Below, piece after piece: positions 39,401 to 48,907 of a stretch of 64,000 bases of DNA (position 1 is its first letter; the number at the start of each line of letters is the position of its first letter). Both the position numbers and the translations under genes were made by a program. Where the stretch lies: positions 62,001 to 126,000 of the IMG/VR virus record IMGVR_UViG_3300047548_001122, one strand, 5' to 3'. The notes below the pieces were generated by a model. That model did no database searches, was not told the DNA's origin, and saw nothing but the letters and a program-made list of their open reading frames with translations.

Positions 39401-40799
39401 TGCTGCCAACTCGGCAAGCTCTTATGCTAATGCTGCTTTTGCTGCTGCAAACACTGGCGGTGGAGCAACTACAGATTCTTGGGCAAGAAGTGCAGCTAAT
39501 TCAGCTTCTAGTTATGCTAATTCAGCATATGGTGTAGCTAACTCTGCACTCGCTAACGCTGCAACGGCAGATCAGAAAGCTGTAAGTGCTGGTTCATATG
39601 CTAACTCTTCATTCGATAGAGCAAACAATAGTCTAAACGCTGCTTCTGGTGGTTCGGTTACAGGTGACGTTTCTATTACAGGTAACTTAACTGTTACTGG
39701 TTGCACAGCGTCATTGACTGTTAATACTTTAAGAACCTCAGATCATATAATTGACATTGGATTTGGAACAACCGGAACACCAACAGAAAATGCTGGAATT
39801 AGAGTTTTAAGGGGCGATTTAAATCCTGTACAAATCAGATGGGTTGAAAGTGATGATTATTGGGAATATTCAAACGATGGAACAAATTATATAAAATTTG
39901 GATCCTATTCGGATGGTGTTTATGCTAATGCAGCGTTTAATGCTGCCAACGCTGCATCCAGTTATGCTAATGCTGCATTTGCTGTGGCCAATACTGGTGG
40001 AGGTGGTGCAGCTGCGGGTATAGTACAATACGCATCTACTATGAAAGTTGACTCTTTCACAGGAACAGGTGCATGTACTCAATTCACATTAACGCAAGAA
40101 CCAAGTGGTGAAGATTATACAATTGTTTCTATTAATGGTGTTTTACAACATAAGTCTGCATATACTTTAACAGGTTCAGTAATAACATTCTCTGAAGCTC
40201 CAGAAAATAACGTTGCAATTGATGTTGTTTCTTTGGTAAATAAAATTGTTGGTGGTTCGTCAGAAATTTTTGTAGACAATTTTACAGGCAATGGTTCAAA
40301 TACATCATTCACATTAAGTACAACACCGGCTTCTGAAAATTATGTTACCGTAGTGTTTGATGGTGTAACTCAGTTGCGTTCTACTTATTCTATAAATGAA
40401 ACAACCATTACTTTTGATGAAGCGCCGCCTGATACCGCAAACATTGAAGTTACAATTCAGAAAAATGTTATTGGTACGTTCATAAATAGAAATTATCTAG
40501 GTGATGGATCTAATACCAATTTCACTGTAACGAGTGGTGTTTCAGCAAACAGTGTACTTGTTTTCCAGAACGGTATTGCACAAAGACCAATAACAGATTA
40601 TACTGTTTCTGGGAACACACTAACATTCTTAACAGCACCAACAGACGGTGAAGTTGTACAGATTAGAGAATTAACTGGTGATCCTGGTAGCGGAGCTGTA
40701 GCACAAGCTGCTTATATTCATGCTAATGCCGCATTTGCTGCAGCGAATACTGGTGGAGGTGGAGGTCTTTCTCTTGGAATGTTAATAGCTTTAACTTAA
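33405..40799 (+). CDS. Very long modular tail fibre-like protein
   Basis: 2464 aa; 21-aa YANSAFxxANTADQRAVTSGD and 14-aa repeats, six GGTISGD...RWNE modules, five D.F.G.G...F.L...P modules. Confidence 0.75.
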   Translation: MTYSYIGNQSNSQEKRIKADANSAHLTANSSGIYANAAFAAANIADQKSLSASSYANSAYNTSNSSSSYANSSYIHANSAYASQNTTGDYANSAFAVANVTSSGGVTSGVYANAAFQAANSSGSYANSAYLSQNTSGVYANSAFGVANTADQRAVTSGVYANAAYGVANTKYSSSGGTISGDVNITGSLTVSGTTTTINTETLNVADNLIDLNSNFTTGTPTENAGIRVIRGDELAVQFRWNESSLKWTFSNDGVNYSAVGSQAAESYANSAFQAANSAGSYANSAFGVANTADQRSVTSGVYANAAYNQSNTATINAATADQRAITSGVYANSAYTHANSAFNFANTLNESSTSASSYANSAFGVANTADQRAVTSGSYANAAYAVANTADQRAVTSGDYANSAYLSQNTTGVYANSAFGVANTADQRSVTSGDYANSAFSSQNTSGVYANAAYTHANTKYSSSGGTISGDVNITGSLTVSGSVTYIDTNQLNIGDNVINLNADIDPLDNPTENAGISVDRGFEANSSFIWNENVDSWQYSKDGTNFSNVGSAAAESYSNSAYLHANSSFTSQNTTGVYANSAFSVANIADQRAVTSGDYANSSFAFANTADQKAVSAGDYANSGYTTANTADQRAVTSGLYANSAYTHVNASYNAANTKFSSSGGTISGDVTITGNITVQGLNATLSVPNLSVEDNIIDISSETTGTPVNNSGIRVNRGDESPVQFRWNESNKNWEFTKDSITYSNISSQAAEIYANAAFEAANAASLSGGIISGGYANAAFEAANSAGSYANSSFASQNATGVYANSAFGVANTADQKSVTSGDYANSAFGTANSASSYANGSFAAANTADQKAVTSGDYANSAYIQANAAFDFSNTFTSSAASASDYANSAFSVANSASSFANGSFAAANTADQKALTSGDYANSSYTQANTATTDAATADQKAVSAGSYANSGFSKANSAFNTANYASPHANSSYLHANAAFTYANTVALGGAFQISVLNDTFVGDGTTVAFDLNATPPNEDYVLITIEGITQLKSSYTVTGNTVTFLDEAPATNSRIDVTTFTSSQIIADESAYRHANSGHLVANAASSYANSAFNHANSAYELANTISFGGSFSVSVVLDNFVGNGSCTAFSLTTTPASENYTLVTIEGITQLKSSYTLSGSTITFVEAPATNSRIDITTFTSSQDLIDASAFDKANLAANIANSASSYANSAFITANTPSNTANSASSYANGAFVAANTANQRALTSGDYANSGFTLANTANQRAVTSGAYANSSYLHANASYVSQNTTGVYANASFTLANTADQRAVTSGSYANSAYVAANTADQKAVTSGVYANAAYSAANTADQRAVTSGDYANSAYGVANTKLSTSGGTISGDLTVTGNLTVSGNTLSIEATSLSVEDNMIYLNANNTVANPDLGFAGNYNDGTYAHAGLFRDATDGTWKFYYNYQLEPDASPYIDTTHASFRIANLTANIISDIVSIRGYDPVNHTNSAFDSANTADQKAVSAGSYANSSFSISNVADQRAVTSGSYANAAYDTANTADQRAITSGTYANAGFAIANTADQRAVTSGSYANSAYVAANTADQKAVTSGVYANAAYSLANTLSSGSVDNYARPHANAAYDTANSASSYANSAFAAANNAVDTWVRDAANSASSYANSGYSRANTADQRAVTSGVYANASYDQANTGNVTAQFAYDAANLASSNATSSSSYANGAFSRANTAEVTAISADTKATNAGNYANSAYIQANAAFSYANTLASASIDPYARNTANAASSYANSAYTQANTPSHVANAASSYANSAYAYANTRLGATGGVISGDLTVTGNLTIQGNTTYVETEVLSIFDNIIDLNSNFIAGTPTENAGIRIIRGDLNAAQLRWNETSDYWEFTNDGTNYSNVGSAAAESYANSAFAAANNATDTWVRSAANAASSYANSAYASANTADQKAVSAGAYANAAFAVANTGGGVTTDSYAREHANSGYIQANASFSAANSASSYANAAFAAANTGGGATTDSWARSAANSASSYANSAYGVANSALANAATADQKAVSAGSYANSSFDRANNSLNAASGGSVTGDVSITGNLTVTGCTASLTVNTLRTSDHIIDIGFGTTGTPTENAGIRVLRGDLNPVQIRWVESDDYWEYSNDGTNYIKFGSYSDGVYANAAFNAANAASSYANAAFAVANTGGGGAAAGIVQYASTMKVDSFTGTGACTQFTLTQEPSGEDYTIVSINGVLQHKSAYTLTGSVITFSEAPENNVAIDVVSLVNKIVGGSSEIFVDNFTGNGSNTSFTLSTTPASENYVTVVFDGVTQLRSTYSINETTITFDEAPPDTANIEVTIQKNVIGTFINRNYLGDGSNTNFTVTSGVSANSVLVFQNGIAQRPITDYTVSGNTLTFLTAPTDGEVVQIRELTGDPGSGAVAQAAYIHANAAFAAANTGGGGGLSLGMLIALT
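37344..38221 (+). repeat. Exact 95-bp direct repeat (37344-37438 and 38127-38221) inside fibre gene
   Basis: agagctgtaacttctggttcttatgctaattctgcttatgttgctgcaaataccgcagaccaaaaagctgtaacatcgggtgtttatgctaatgc is identical at both sites. Confidence 0.9.
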
Positions 40800-40811
40800 C
40801 GGAATCTTAAA

Positions 40812-41138
40812 ATGGCAGAATCATTTAAACACAAACATTATTCATTAACAACAGCAAATACTACATTGTATACTTGCCCTTCTTTGACCTCGGGCATAAT
40901 TTTTATGGCACAAGTTGCAAATAAAAGTAATGTGGATTCCACTACTGTTACAGTCACTTCAACAAAATCCAGTGATGGTTCAACAAAATTTTTAATTAAA
41001 GATGTTGTCATACCTTCTGCTGTCGCAGCTTCCGTTTTAACAGGCAAATTAGTACTTGAAGCTGGAGATTCTATTTCAGCAAACGCAGCTTCAAATAACA
41101 TGATCGATGTAACATTTAGTATTTTGGAGATTACATGA
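40812..41138 (+). CDS. Conserved 108-aa fibre-associated protein (paralogue of 33077)
   Basis: MAESFKH...LYTC...LIKDVVIP...GKLVLEAGD...IDVTFSILEIT. Confidence 0.7.
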   Translation: MAESFKHKHYSLTTANTTLYTCPSLTSGIIFMAQVANKSNVDSTTVTVTSTKSSDGSTKFLIKDVVIPSAVAASVLTGKLVLEAGDSISANAASNNMIDVTFSILEIT

Positions 41139-44100
41139 ATAGAGGAATAATTGGAAAACGTTTACTAAGTCCTTCCAATAGAGTTTCTTCCTTTTCTGCG
41201 AATGGAACAGTTTTTACTTTAGAAGATATCTATGAAGCCTCTTATTCGGCTGAAGGATTGACTAGTCAGTGGGTTAAAAATAAGTATAGTCCACTATCAA
41301 CAAAATACCCATTACTAACAAATACAAATAGTTTTTCTTTTGCCACACAAACAACAGCGGCACAATGTTGTACCATGTCTGAAGATGGTACAAAGTTATA
41401 CATCGCGTCGAATACTACCGTTTACACTTATAATCTTTCAGTAGCCTATGACATAACAACTGCTGTATTTTCTTCTTCGTGGGTAATTTTAGGAGAAACA
41501 ACAGCTAAGGGTATGTATTTTAAACCTGACGGCACACGTTTATTCATTATTGGTAATACTGGTGATGATATTACATGGTATGATCTATCGGAAGCTTGGA
41601 ATGTTAATTCAGCAACACTAGTTTCTCAACAACTTGTAGGGTCTACAGGATTAACAGGATTAACTTTTAATTCTGATGGAACAAAATTATTTGTAGTTGA
41701 TTTAACTTCTGAATTAATTTATGCTTATAATTTAAGTACAGCATGGACACCATCATCGTTAGATGCTGGTACAACATATCCGATTTCAACAGGCACATTA
41801 ACATCAGGATTTATAGAATTCAATTCTGATGGTACTAAAATGTATGTTGGAGACAATGCTACTACTTTAGACAAGTATCTTTTAGAATTTAAATTAACTA
41901 CTGCTTATGATATAACAACCGCAACACTTCAAGGCAGATTAAGTTTAATGGAATTATTAGGCGGAGGTTATCCTACTAGTGGTTCAAAATCTGTAATTAA
42001 CGTTGAAGATTTCAGATTTTCAAATGGTGGTAATAATGGTTTATTTTTAACTGCTTCAGTAGTTTGGAATGTACCTTTACCTAGTACTAGAGAATTTGGT
42101 TTTTTTGGTCAAACATCAATTATTTCTTATTTAAATTCTGTCACAGAAGGTCAAGGAATTTACTTTAAACCGGACGGAACAAGTTATTACATAACCGATT
42201 CGTTAGATGATGCTGTGTATGAATATAGTATGACTACACCTTGGGATATTTCTACGTCTGGTTTAGTAAGAACCGAAAGAAATTTCTTCACACAAGACGG
42301 AAACGCAACTGACATTTGGTTTAAACCTGATGGTACAATCATGTATCTAATAGGTAATGATAATGATAACATTTATCAATATACTTTAGGTACAGCTTGG
42401 GATATTTCTACTGCGACCTATAGTGGAATTAGTTTTTATGTGGGATATGAAGATACTTCTCCTACAAGTTTCTGTTTATCAGAAGATGGTTTATATTTGT
42501 TCGTTATAGGATCACAAAAAGATGTTGTTTTTAAATATACTCTAAAAACAGCTTGGGCAATAGGCAGTGCTGTTTTAGATGCTTACTCTCACTATACAAC
42601 TCCAATAGGAGAAGGAAATAGAAGTCTTTACTTTAATGGTGTTGATACGTCTTATGTTTCGTTAAGTGGTAGTGGATTTAATTGGGGTACAGGAGACTTT
42701 ACGGTAGAATGTTGGGTTTATATTCCTAATGTAAGTAGAGATAATACGATTGCCAGAATGAGTTTAAATTCTGGTTGGAGTATAAAAATTAATGATACAG
42801 GAGAACTTCAGTGGGCTTTTAGTTCTCCAATCGCCACTACTACCACTAAAATTCAAGCCAACACTTGGACACACGTAGCGGTGTCTAGAGAAGGAACTGA
42901 TCTTAGACTTTTTATTAATGGTAATTTGGAAAACACAGTAACACATTCTGGTAATTACATTTATTCTGGTACTGTTTATATCGGAAGTAATCTTAGCACT
43001 GGATTTTTAGGAAACATTTATGGATTAAGATTTGTTGACCAGGCTGTTTACACCTCTTCGTTTGTTAGACCTGTTTCTCCACCAATTACAACTCCGGAAA
43101 CTATATTAAAAACAGCATTATATACTACTATTATAGACGGTAGTACATATAATAGAACACTTACAGTTTCGGGAACAGTTGAAGTAAATACTGCTTATCC
43201 TTTTTCATCGACCACTTACCTTGGTGCAGTGATGAAACCTGATGGAACAAAATCGTATTTGTTAAACAAAGGTAATTACAAAATTTACCAATATGCATCT
43301 GGTAACACAAACTATGACTTCGTAAATGTAACTCCCGAAAAAGAACTTTATATTGGGAATAAATCTACCTCATCAGAAGATTTTTTCATCAATAACGATG
43401 GAAACAAATTATTCATCTTAGATTCTGGTACAAAAGAAATAATTCAGTACGGTTTAACTGATACATGGAACATAGCTAATGCTACTTTCCAATATAATAC
43501 TTTAGTTTCTGAACTAGAATTAACACCTACAAAATTTACTTTTAACTCTGACGGTAAAAAATTATTTGTTTATGGTTCAACAAATAAAAGAGTGGTTGAA
43601 TATAATTTAACAGAATCTTGGAATATTGCAACTGCTTCAATCGACACAAACAAAATACCGGCTCCAGGTCAATATGGTACAAACACCGGCACATCTTACG
43701 AAATTTTATTTAATGATATTTTGATTGCCAATAGTGGAAACACTATGTATACTTTGGGACAAACAAATGAAGAAATAAGAGAATATCCTTTAGATACGCC
43801 TTATAATCCTTATACAGCAGTATATAATACAACAAATTATGATGCATCTTTGCTTGATCCTCAAGGTATGTTTATTAATTATGATGAGGGTGCTGACAAA
43901 CTTTATATTACAAATGCAACATCAGTTAGACAGTATACATTAAAAGTTCCACGTAAATTATACAGTTCTGCGTACGATAACGTATTTTTTACTCCAAGTC
44001 CTGCCATAACAATTAAAGATGTTTCTTTAAGTAATACTGGAGACAGACTTTACTTATTAAGTGATGCAGGTACAGAACAGATATATCAATATGATTTAGA

Positions 44101-47100
44101 GTTGCCTTGGAATGTAGGTAAAAATACCGCAAAAGGAACTTATAATTTTACTGCTTACGGAGAAACTGTTCCGGTTTCTATGTACTTTAAAAGAGATGGT
44201 ACAAAATTTTATATAATAGGTCAAACGCTAGATAGAGTTCTTGAATTTAATATGGCAACAGCCTGGAATGTTACAACTGCCTATCAGGATCTTTTCTATA
44301 CTTCTCCTACTGAAACATCTCCACAAGATATTTACTTTTCCAATAACGGTACAAAAATGTATATTGTTGGAACTTTGGCTCCAGCTAAAGTTAATGAATA
44401 TTCTTTGAGTGTGCCATGGGAAGCTGGTACTGCAACATATTCTTCAAACGTACAAGTTGTTATAAAAGACAATACTCCTACAGGAATATCTTTTAGTAAT
44501 AATGGATCAAGTTTATATGTTGTTGGTTCCGCAAACGATTCTGTACACCAATACACTCTATCGACTCCATGGGATGTATCAACTGCCACATTCTTACAAA
44601 CTAAATCGGTCGCAACGGAAGATACAGTACCAACTGCTGTACAATTTTCAAATACTGGTAATAGAATGTTTGTTTTGGGTACAACAGGAGATGATATAAA
44701 TCAATATGAGTTGAGTGTAAATTATGATGTAAGTACTGCATCATTTACTAGACTTCAAAGTATTGCAGCCCAAGACATTACCGCTCAAGGTATGTATTTT
44801 AAACCTGATGGTACTCAATTATTTTTAGCTGGCGCAACAAATGATATCGTATATTCATACAATTTATCAGAAGCTTGGAACATAGCCACAATTTCTTTAG
44901 CAAACACTAAATCTATTGCTGCTCAACAAACTGTACCAAACGGTATACACATGAGTGACGATGGATTGAGCATGTATATTATAGGAACAACACCTGTCGG
45001 AGTTCATCAATATCGTTTGACTGAATCATGGAATGTTGCGACAGCCAACTATGCTTCTTTTAGTGTTTCAACTCAGACTGCTGCGCCTACAGGAGTATCG
45101 TTTGCCAATAATGGTACTAAGATGTACGTAATGTCTGCAAGTGGTGCAGGTTCGGGTAATGTGCATCAATACTCTCTATCAACACCTTGGAGTGTAGGAA
45201 CAGCTACGTTTGAAAGATCATCAGCAAATACGATTCCTTTAACTTTTGAAAATTTGCCAACTGATTTTAATTTTAATGATATTGGTACTAAAATTTTTAT
45301 TGCTGGAACAGCCAGAGATATTGTAACAACTTTAGAATTAACAGAAGCGTGGAACGTATCTACTATACGAGTTAATCCGGTAAACAAGTATAATGTATTT
45401 TCACTTGATATTACTGGAACAGGAATTGATTTTGCAAATGATGGCACAAGTTTCATATTTACTGGTTCTACAAATGATAGAATTCATCGAGTAAGTTTAA
45501 CAGAAGCTTGGAATCTAAGAACAAACAGCACAGTAACTTCTGCAAGTTTACCTTCAAGTGTGCTCAATCCAACTGGTTGTGTATGGGCGAATAATGGTAA
45601 CACTTTAGTTGTAAGTACAGCAACTCAAGTCATAGAATATCCAACAAGTGTAACATATAATGTAGCAAATCTTTATGGACCTAGATTCAGTTTGGTTACA
45701 CAAGATACTGCTATGAATGATATCTATTTTAAACCTGATGGCAAAAGTTTTTATACAGTTTCTTCTACCACTTCAGGTAGAGTCCATCAATATGATATGA
45801 ATGTTGCATGGCAAGTAGCTACAGCAAATTTTGCAAGAAGTCTTATTGTAACAGTACGAGATATTTCTCCAACTGGTATTTGGTTTAGACCGGAAGGAAA
45901 TTCAATGTATGTCGTTGGAACAGCTAACGATACTATATCTCAATACAATTTGAGTTCGGCTTGGAATATTGGCACTGCTACATATGCTTCATTATCATTA
46001 GGAATTGCTGCAATAGAAGGTACAGCAAGTGGAATATGTTTTGCTAATAATGGCACTAAATTGTACGTTGTTGGACAAACTGGAGATAATATTCGAGAAT
46101 ATACGTTATCAACACCTTGGTTACTTTCTTCAGCAACATTAACACGTAACAGTTCTATTTTAGCTTTTGACACAACTTCAACTGGATTGTATATAGACCC
46201 TACAAGTTCATATATGGCTGTAGTTGGTGGCAGCAATGATAACATACAATTATACACTTTTGGACAAGCAGGTAATATTGCTACATTAAGTGCTGCTTCA
46301 AGTAGATCGGTAGCAGGATTGGGAGGAAGTCCATCGGGTATATATTTTAAACCTGAAGGAGACGTTCTATATGTTACAGATTTATCAACAGATTATGTGC
46401 ATCAAATCAATTTAACTGAAGCATGGAATGTTAGCTCTGGATATTATGGAGTAACTACTTTAGCTCCTGTAGTTGGAGCTACAACAGAGGTGGATATTCA
46501 AGGCATACGGTATGCAAATAATGGTTATGACCTTTATGTTTTAGGTTCAACTAATGATTCTATTTACCAATATAAATTAGAAGAACCATTTAAAGCAAAT
46601 AGTGGCATATTTTTTGGTTCGAAGTCTATTGCTAACTTAGAAATAAATGCAACCGGATTTACAATTGATAACGATGCTAGTCAAATTTTTGTAATTGGCA
46701 CCGCTGCAGCAGGATCCGAAAAAATATCAAGATTAAGATTTTTGTCGAATAATAATATTCACACTTTACAAACCGATTATTTGTCATTAACAGAAAAAGA
46801 AACTGATGTAAGAGGTATTGCTTTAAGTAATGACAATACTCAATTAATAGTTGTTGGAGATACAGTATCACCAAATTTACATAGGTATAGTTTAGCTAAT
46901 TCTAATGTCTTATCTACAGGAACTTATGCTGAAAGTATACCAGTATCTTCAGCTTTAAATCCAAATAAAGTATTAATAAAAGATACGGACGAGATGGTTG
47001 TTCACATTTCGTCAACTGATGGAAATGTTTTGGATTATATTTTAAATTCTCCAAATACTTTAACTGGTGCAGAACTAAGAAATAGTTTTAATACATCTAC

Positions 47101-48889
47101 ACAAAACACCGTTGTATCAGCTAGTTTTATGAAACCTGATGGTTCTAAGTATTATATCTTAGATACCGCAAACGATAAAGTATACCAATACTCAACTTCA
47201 AATAATTTTGTTTTGCAAGATTTTGCTTTGGAACAAGAATATGATTATAATCAGTATGGTATAAAAATAGGATCTACAGCATCATCCAGATTAGTTGTTA
47301 CAGCAAATTCATTATTAAACATTTATAATAATGATGAATTTACAATTCATTTTAATTTTAATCCTACTGTTTCTGGACTTACCACACCAGTCATTTTTTA
47401 CCTGGGTTCTTCTGCGACAAACAGAGCTTATATTGCGGTAAATGCTACTGGACAATTATTTTATTATGCCAATAATGGAATAGGAACAAACAACAGTACA
47501 ACGGTCTTTACTAATAATAGAATTGAAACCAATAATTGGTATCATTTTGCATTTGTTAAGAGTGCAAACAATTATAATGCTTTCTTAAATGGTGAATTAA
47601 TAGGAACTGCAAATACTACAGTTAGACCACTAGGAACACTAAATTTAACTTTAGGATTCCCTCAACACGACTCTGTTGTTACAAATTTATATAACGGTTT
47701 AATTATTAAAGATTTTGAAATTTTAGCGAATCAATCTTTATATACGGCAAATTTTTCTCCAGAAATTACTACCGCCGGTGATTACATTTCAAAACCTATA
47801 GAAAAATCAGCGAATACGATAATTTTGTTGGCACAGAGCTCTAATGTAACCACAGATAGTTCAAATAATAATTTAGCTGCTACAGTAGCAGGTGTTGTTA
47901 CTTCTGAAAAAATTATTACTAATACCGCCACATCTTTATTCTTTAGTAATACTGGTTCAAACATGTACATTTTCGGCACCGACAATGATTTATTGGCATC
48001 ATATGACCTTTCTTCAAGTTGGAATGTTTCTACCGCATCGATAACATATAAACCAAATAATTCTGCGGTATTATTTTACACCGACGATGTAAGAGAGTAC
48101 TCTCCAGGTGGAATTCATGTGAATGGTGATGGAACAAATTTATATGTTGTTGGTACTAACGGTTCTTGGAAAGTGTATCAATTCACTTTGAATACTCCAC
48201 ACGATTTGAGTTCCATATCTTCACAGTTTAAACAATTTAGTATTATTGAACAAACAAAGGAAGCTAGAGGTATTACTTTTAGTCCAGATGGTAAACAAAT
48301 GTATATTTGTGGTGGCAACAGTAATCCAATCGCAGCTGCAACAGGATCCGTATACTCATATAATTTATCAACTCCATGGGATATAACGACATCTGAATAT
48401 TATGAAGAAATGGTAGTAACACCTTTAGAAGCTTATCCTACTGGAGTTAGATTCCGTGAAGATGGAACGCACATGTATGTTATGGGAACAATTGGATCTG
48501 ACATTACACCTTATGTGTTAAGTACTCCTTGGAAAATAAGTACCGCAACAGCATTAAGTGAACTAAAATTAACCACGGTTTTAACAACACCGACTCAAAC
48601 AACTTTAACTCAAATTGGTTCACCTCAAGATTTTGATTGGTTAGATAACGGTAATTATCTATATACTGTAGGTTCAACGACACTATCTAGTAATACTATA
48701 AATATAATACAGCACAGAAGTTTAAATAATGCTTATTCTACAGGAATACGTGATGGAGTAATCACTCTTCCATTAGATACCACATATTATACTGGAAATA
48801 TTTCAGGTATTTCTGTTAAATCTGATGGTAAACAAATGTGGGCTGTAGATGCTGCGAACGCTGTTATACAGCAATTCAACTTATATTAA
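41135..48889 (+). CDS. Giant beta-propeller repeat virion protein with two LamG/concanavalin-like inserts
   Basis: 2584 aa; dozens of ~48-aa G..FxPDGTxxY..G...D...QY.LSTxWxxxTA repeats; LamG-like GDFTVECWVY...WTHVAVSR...LFING and WYHFAFVK...FLNG. Confidence 0.75.
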   Translation: MNRGIIGKRLLSPSNRVSSFSANGTVFTLEDIYEASYSAEGLTSQWVKNKYSPLSTKYPLLTNTNSFSFATQTTAAQCCTMSEDGTKLYIASNTTVYTYNLSVAYDITTAVFSSSWVILGETTAKGMYFKPDGTRLFIIGNTGDDITWYDLSEAWNVNSATLVSQQLVGSTGLTGLTFNSDGTKLFVVDLTSELIYAYNLSTAWTPSSLDAGTTYPISTGTLTSGFIEFNSDGTKMYVGDNATTLDKYLLEFKLTTAYDITTATLQGRLSLMELLGGGYPTSGSKSVINVEDFRFSNGGNNGLFLTASVVWNVPLPSTREFGFFGQTSIISYLNSVTEGQGIYFKPDGTSYYITDSLDDAVYEYSMTTPWDISTSGLVRTERNFFTQDGNATDIWFKPDGTIMYLIGNDNDNIYQYTLGTAWDISTATYSGISFYVGYEDTSPTSFCLSEDGLYLFVIGSQKDVVFKYTLKTAWAIGSAVLDAYSHYTTPIGEGNRSLYFNGVDTSYVSLSGSGFNWGTGDFTVECWVYIPNVSRDNTIARMSLNSGWSIKINDTGELQWAFSSPIATTTTKIQANTWTHVAVSREGTDLRLFINGNLENTVTHSGNYIYSGTVYIGSNLSTGFLGNIYGLRFVDQAVYTSSFVRPVSPPITTPETILKTALYTTIIDGSTYNRTLTVSGTVEVNTAYPFSSTTYLGAVMKPDGTKSYLLNKGNYKIYQYASGNTNYDFVNVTPEKELYIGNKSTSSEDFFINNDGNKLFILDSGTKEIIQYGLTDTWNIANATFQYNTLVSELELTPTKFTFNSDGKKLFVYGSTNKRVVEYNLTESWNIATASIDTNKIPAPGQYGTNTGTSYEILFNDILIANSGNTMYTLGQTNEEIREYPLDTPYNPYTAVYNTTNYDASLLDPQGMFINYDEGADKLYITNATSVRQYTLKVPRKLYSSAYDNVFFTPSPAITIKDVSLSNTGDRLYLLSDAGTEQIYQYDLELPWNVGKNTAKGTYNFTAYGETVPVSMYFKRDGTKFYIIGQTLDRVLEFNMATAWNVTTAYQDLFYTSPTETSPQDIYFSNNGTKMYIVGTLAPAKVNEYSLSVPWEAGTATYSSNVQVVIKDNTPTGISFSNNGSSLYVVGSANDSVHQYTLSTPWDVSTATFLQTKSVATEDTVPTAVQFSNTGNRMFVLGTTGDDINQYELSVNYDVSTASFTRLQSIAAQDITAQGMYFKPDGTQLFLAGATNDIVYSYNLSEAWNIATISLANTKSIAAQQTVPNGIHMSDDGLSMYIIGTTPVGVHQYRLTESWNVATANYASFSVSTQTAAPTGVSFANNGTKMYVMSASGAGSGNVHQYSLSTPWSVGTATFERSSANTIPLTFENLPTDFNFNDIGTKIFIAGTARDIVTTLELTEAWNVSTIRVNPVNKYNVFSLDITGTGIDFANDGTSFIFTGSTNDRIHRVSLTEAWNLRTNSTVTSASLPSSVLNPTGCVWANNGNTLVVSTATQVIEYPTSVTYNVANLYGPRFSLVTQDTAMNDIYFKPDGKSFYTVSSTTSGRVHQYDMNVAWQVATANFARSLIVTVRDISPTGIWFRPEGNSMYVVGTANDTISQYNLSSAWNIGTATYASLSLGIAAIEGTASGICFANNGTKLYVVGQTGDNIREYTLSTPWLLSSATLTRNSSILAFDTTSTGLYIDPTSSYMAVVGGSNDNIQLYTFGQAGNIATLSAASSRSVAGLGGSPSGIYFKPEGDVLYVTDLSTDYVHQINLTEAWNVSSGYYGVTTLAPVVGATTEVDIQGIRYANNGYDLYVLGSTNDSIYQYKLEEPFKANSGIFFGSKSIANLEINATGFTIDNDASQIFVIGTAAAGSEKISRLRFLSNNNIHTLQTDYLSLTEKETDVRGIALSNDNTQLIVVGDTVSPNLHRYSLANSNVLSTGTYAESIPVSSALNPNKVLIKDTDEMVVHISSTDGNVLDYILNSPNTLTGAELRNSFNTSTQNTVVSASFMKPDGSKYYILDTANDKVYQYSTSNNFVLQDFALEQEYDYNQYGIKIGSTASSRLVVTANSLLNIYNNDEFTIHFNFNPTVSGLTTPVIFYLGSSATNRAYIAVNATGQLFYYANNGIGTNNSTTVFTNNRIETNNWYHFAFVKSANNYNAFLNGELIGTANTTVRPLGTLNLTLGFPQHDSVVTNLYNGLIIKDFEILANQSLYTANFSPEITTAGDYISKPIEKSANTIILLAQSSNVTTDSSNNNLAATVAGVVTSEKIITNTATSLFFSNTGSNMYIFGTDNDLLASYDLSSSWNVSTASITYKPNNSAVLFYTDDVREYSPGGIHVNGDGTNLYVVGTNGSWKVYQFTLNTPHDLSSISSQFKQFSIIEQTKEARGITFSPDGKQMYICGGNSNPIAAATGSVYSYNLSTPWDITTSEYYEEMVVTPLEAYPTGVRFREDGTHMYVMGTIGSDITPYVLSTPWKISTATALSELKLTTVLTTPTQTTLTQIGSPQDFDWLDNGNYLYTVGSTTLSSNTINIIQHRSLNNAYSTGIRDGVITLPLDTTYYTGNISGISVKSDGKQMWAVDAANAVIQQFNLY

Positions 48890-48907
48890 TGATTTTATGG
48901 AGTAGTT

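Noticed and set aside
28605-40799. Regularly spaced DNA repeats resembling a CRISPR array or DGR template
   Set aside because: Repeats are in frame, vary at synonymous sites and encode protein heptads; no unique spacers, cas genes or reverse transcriptase.
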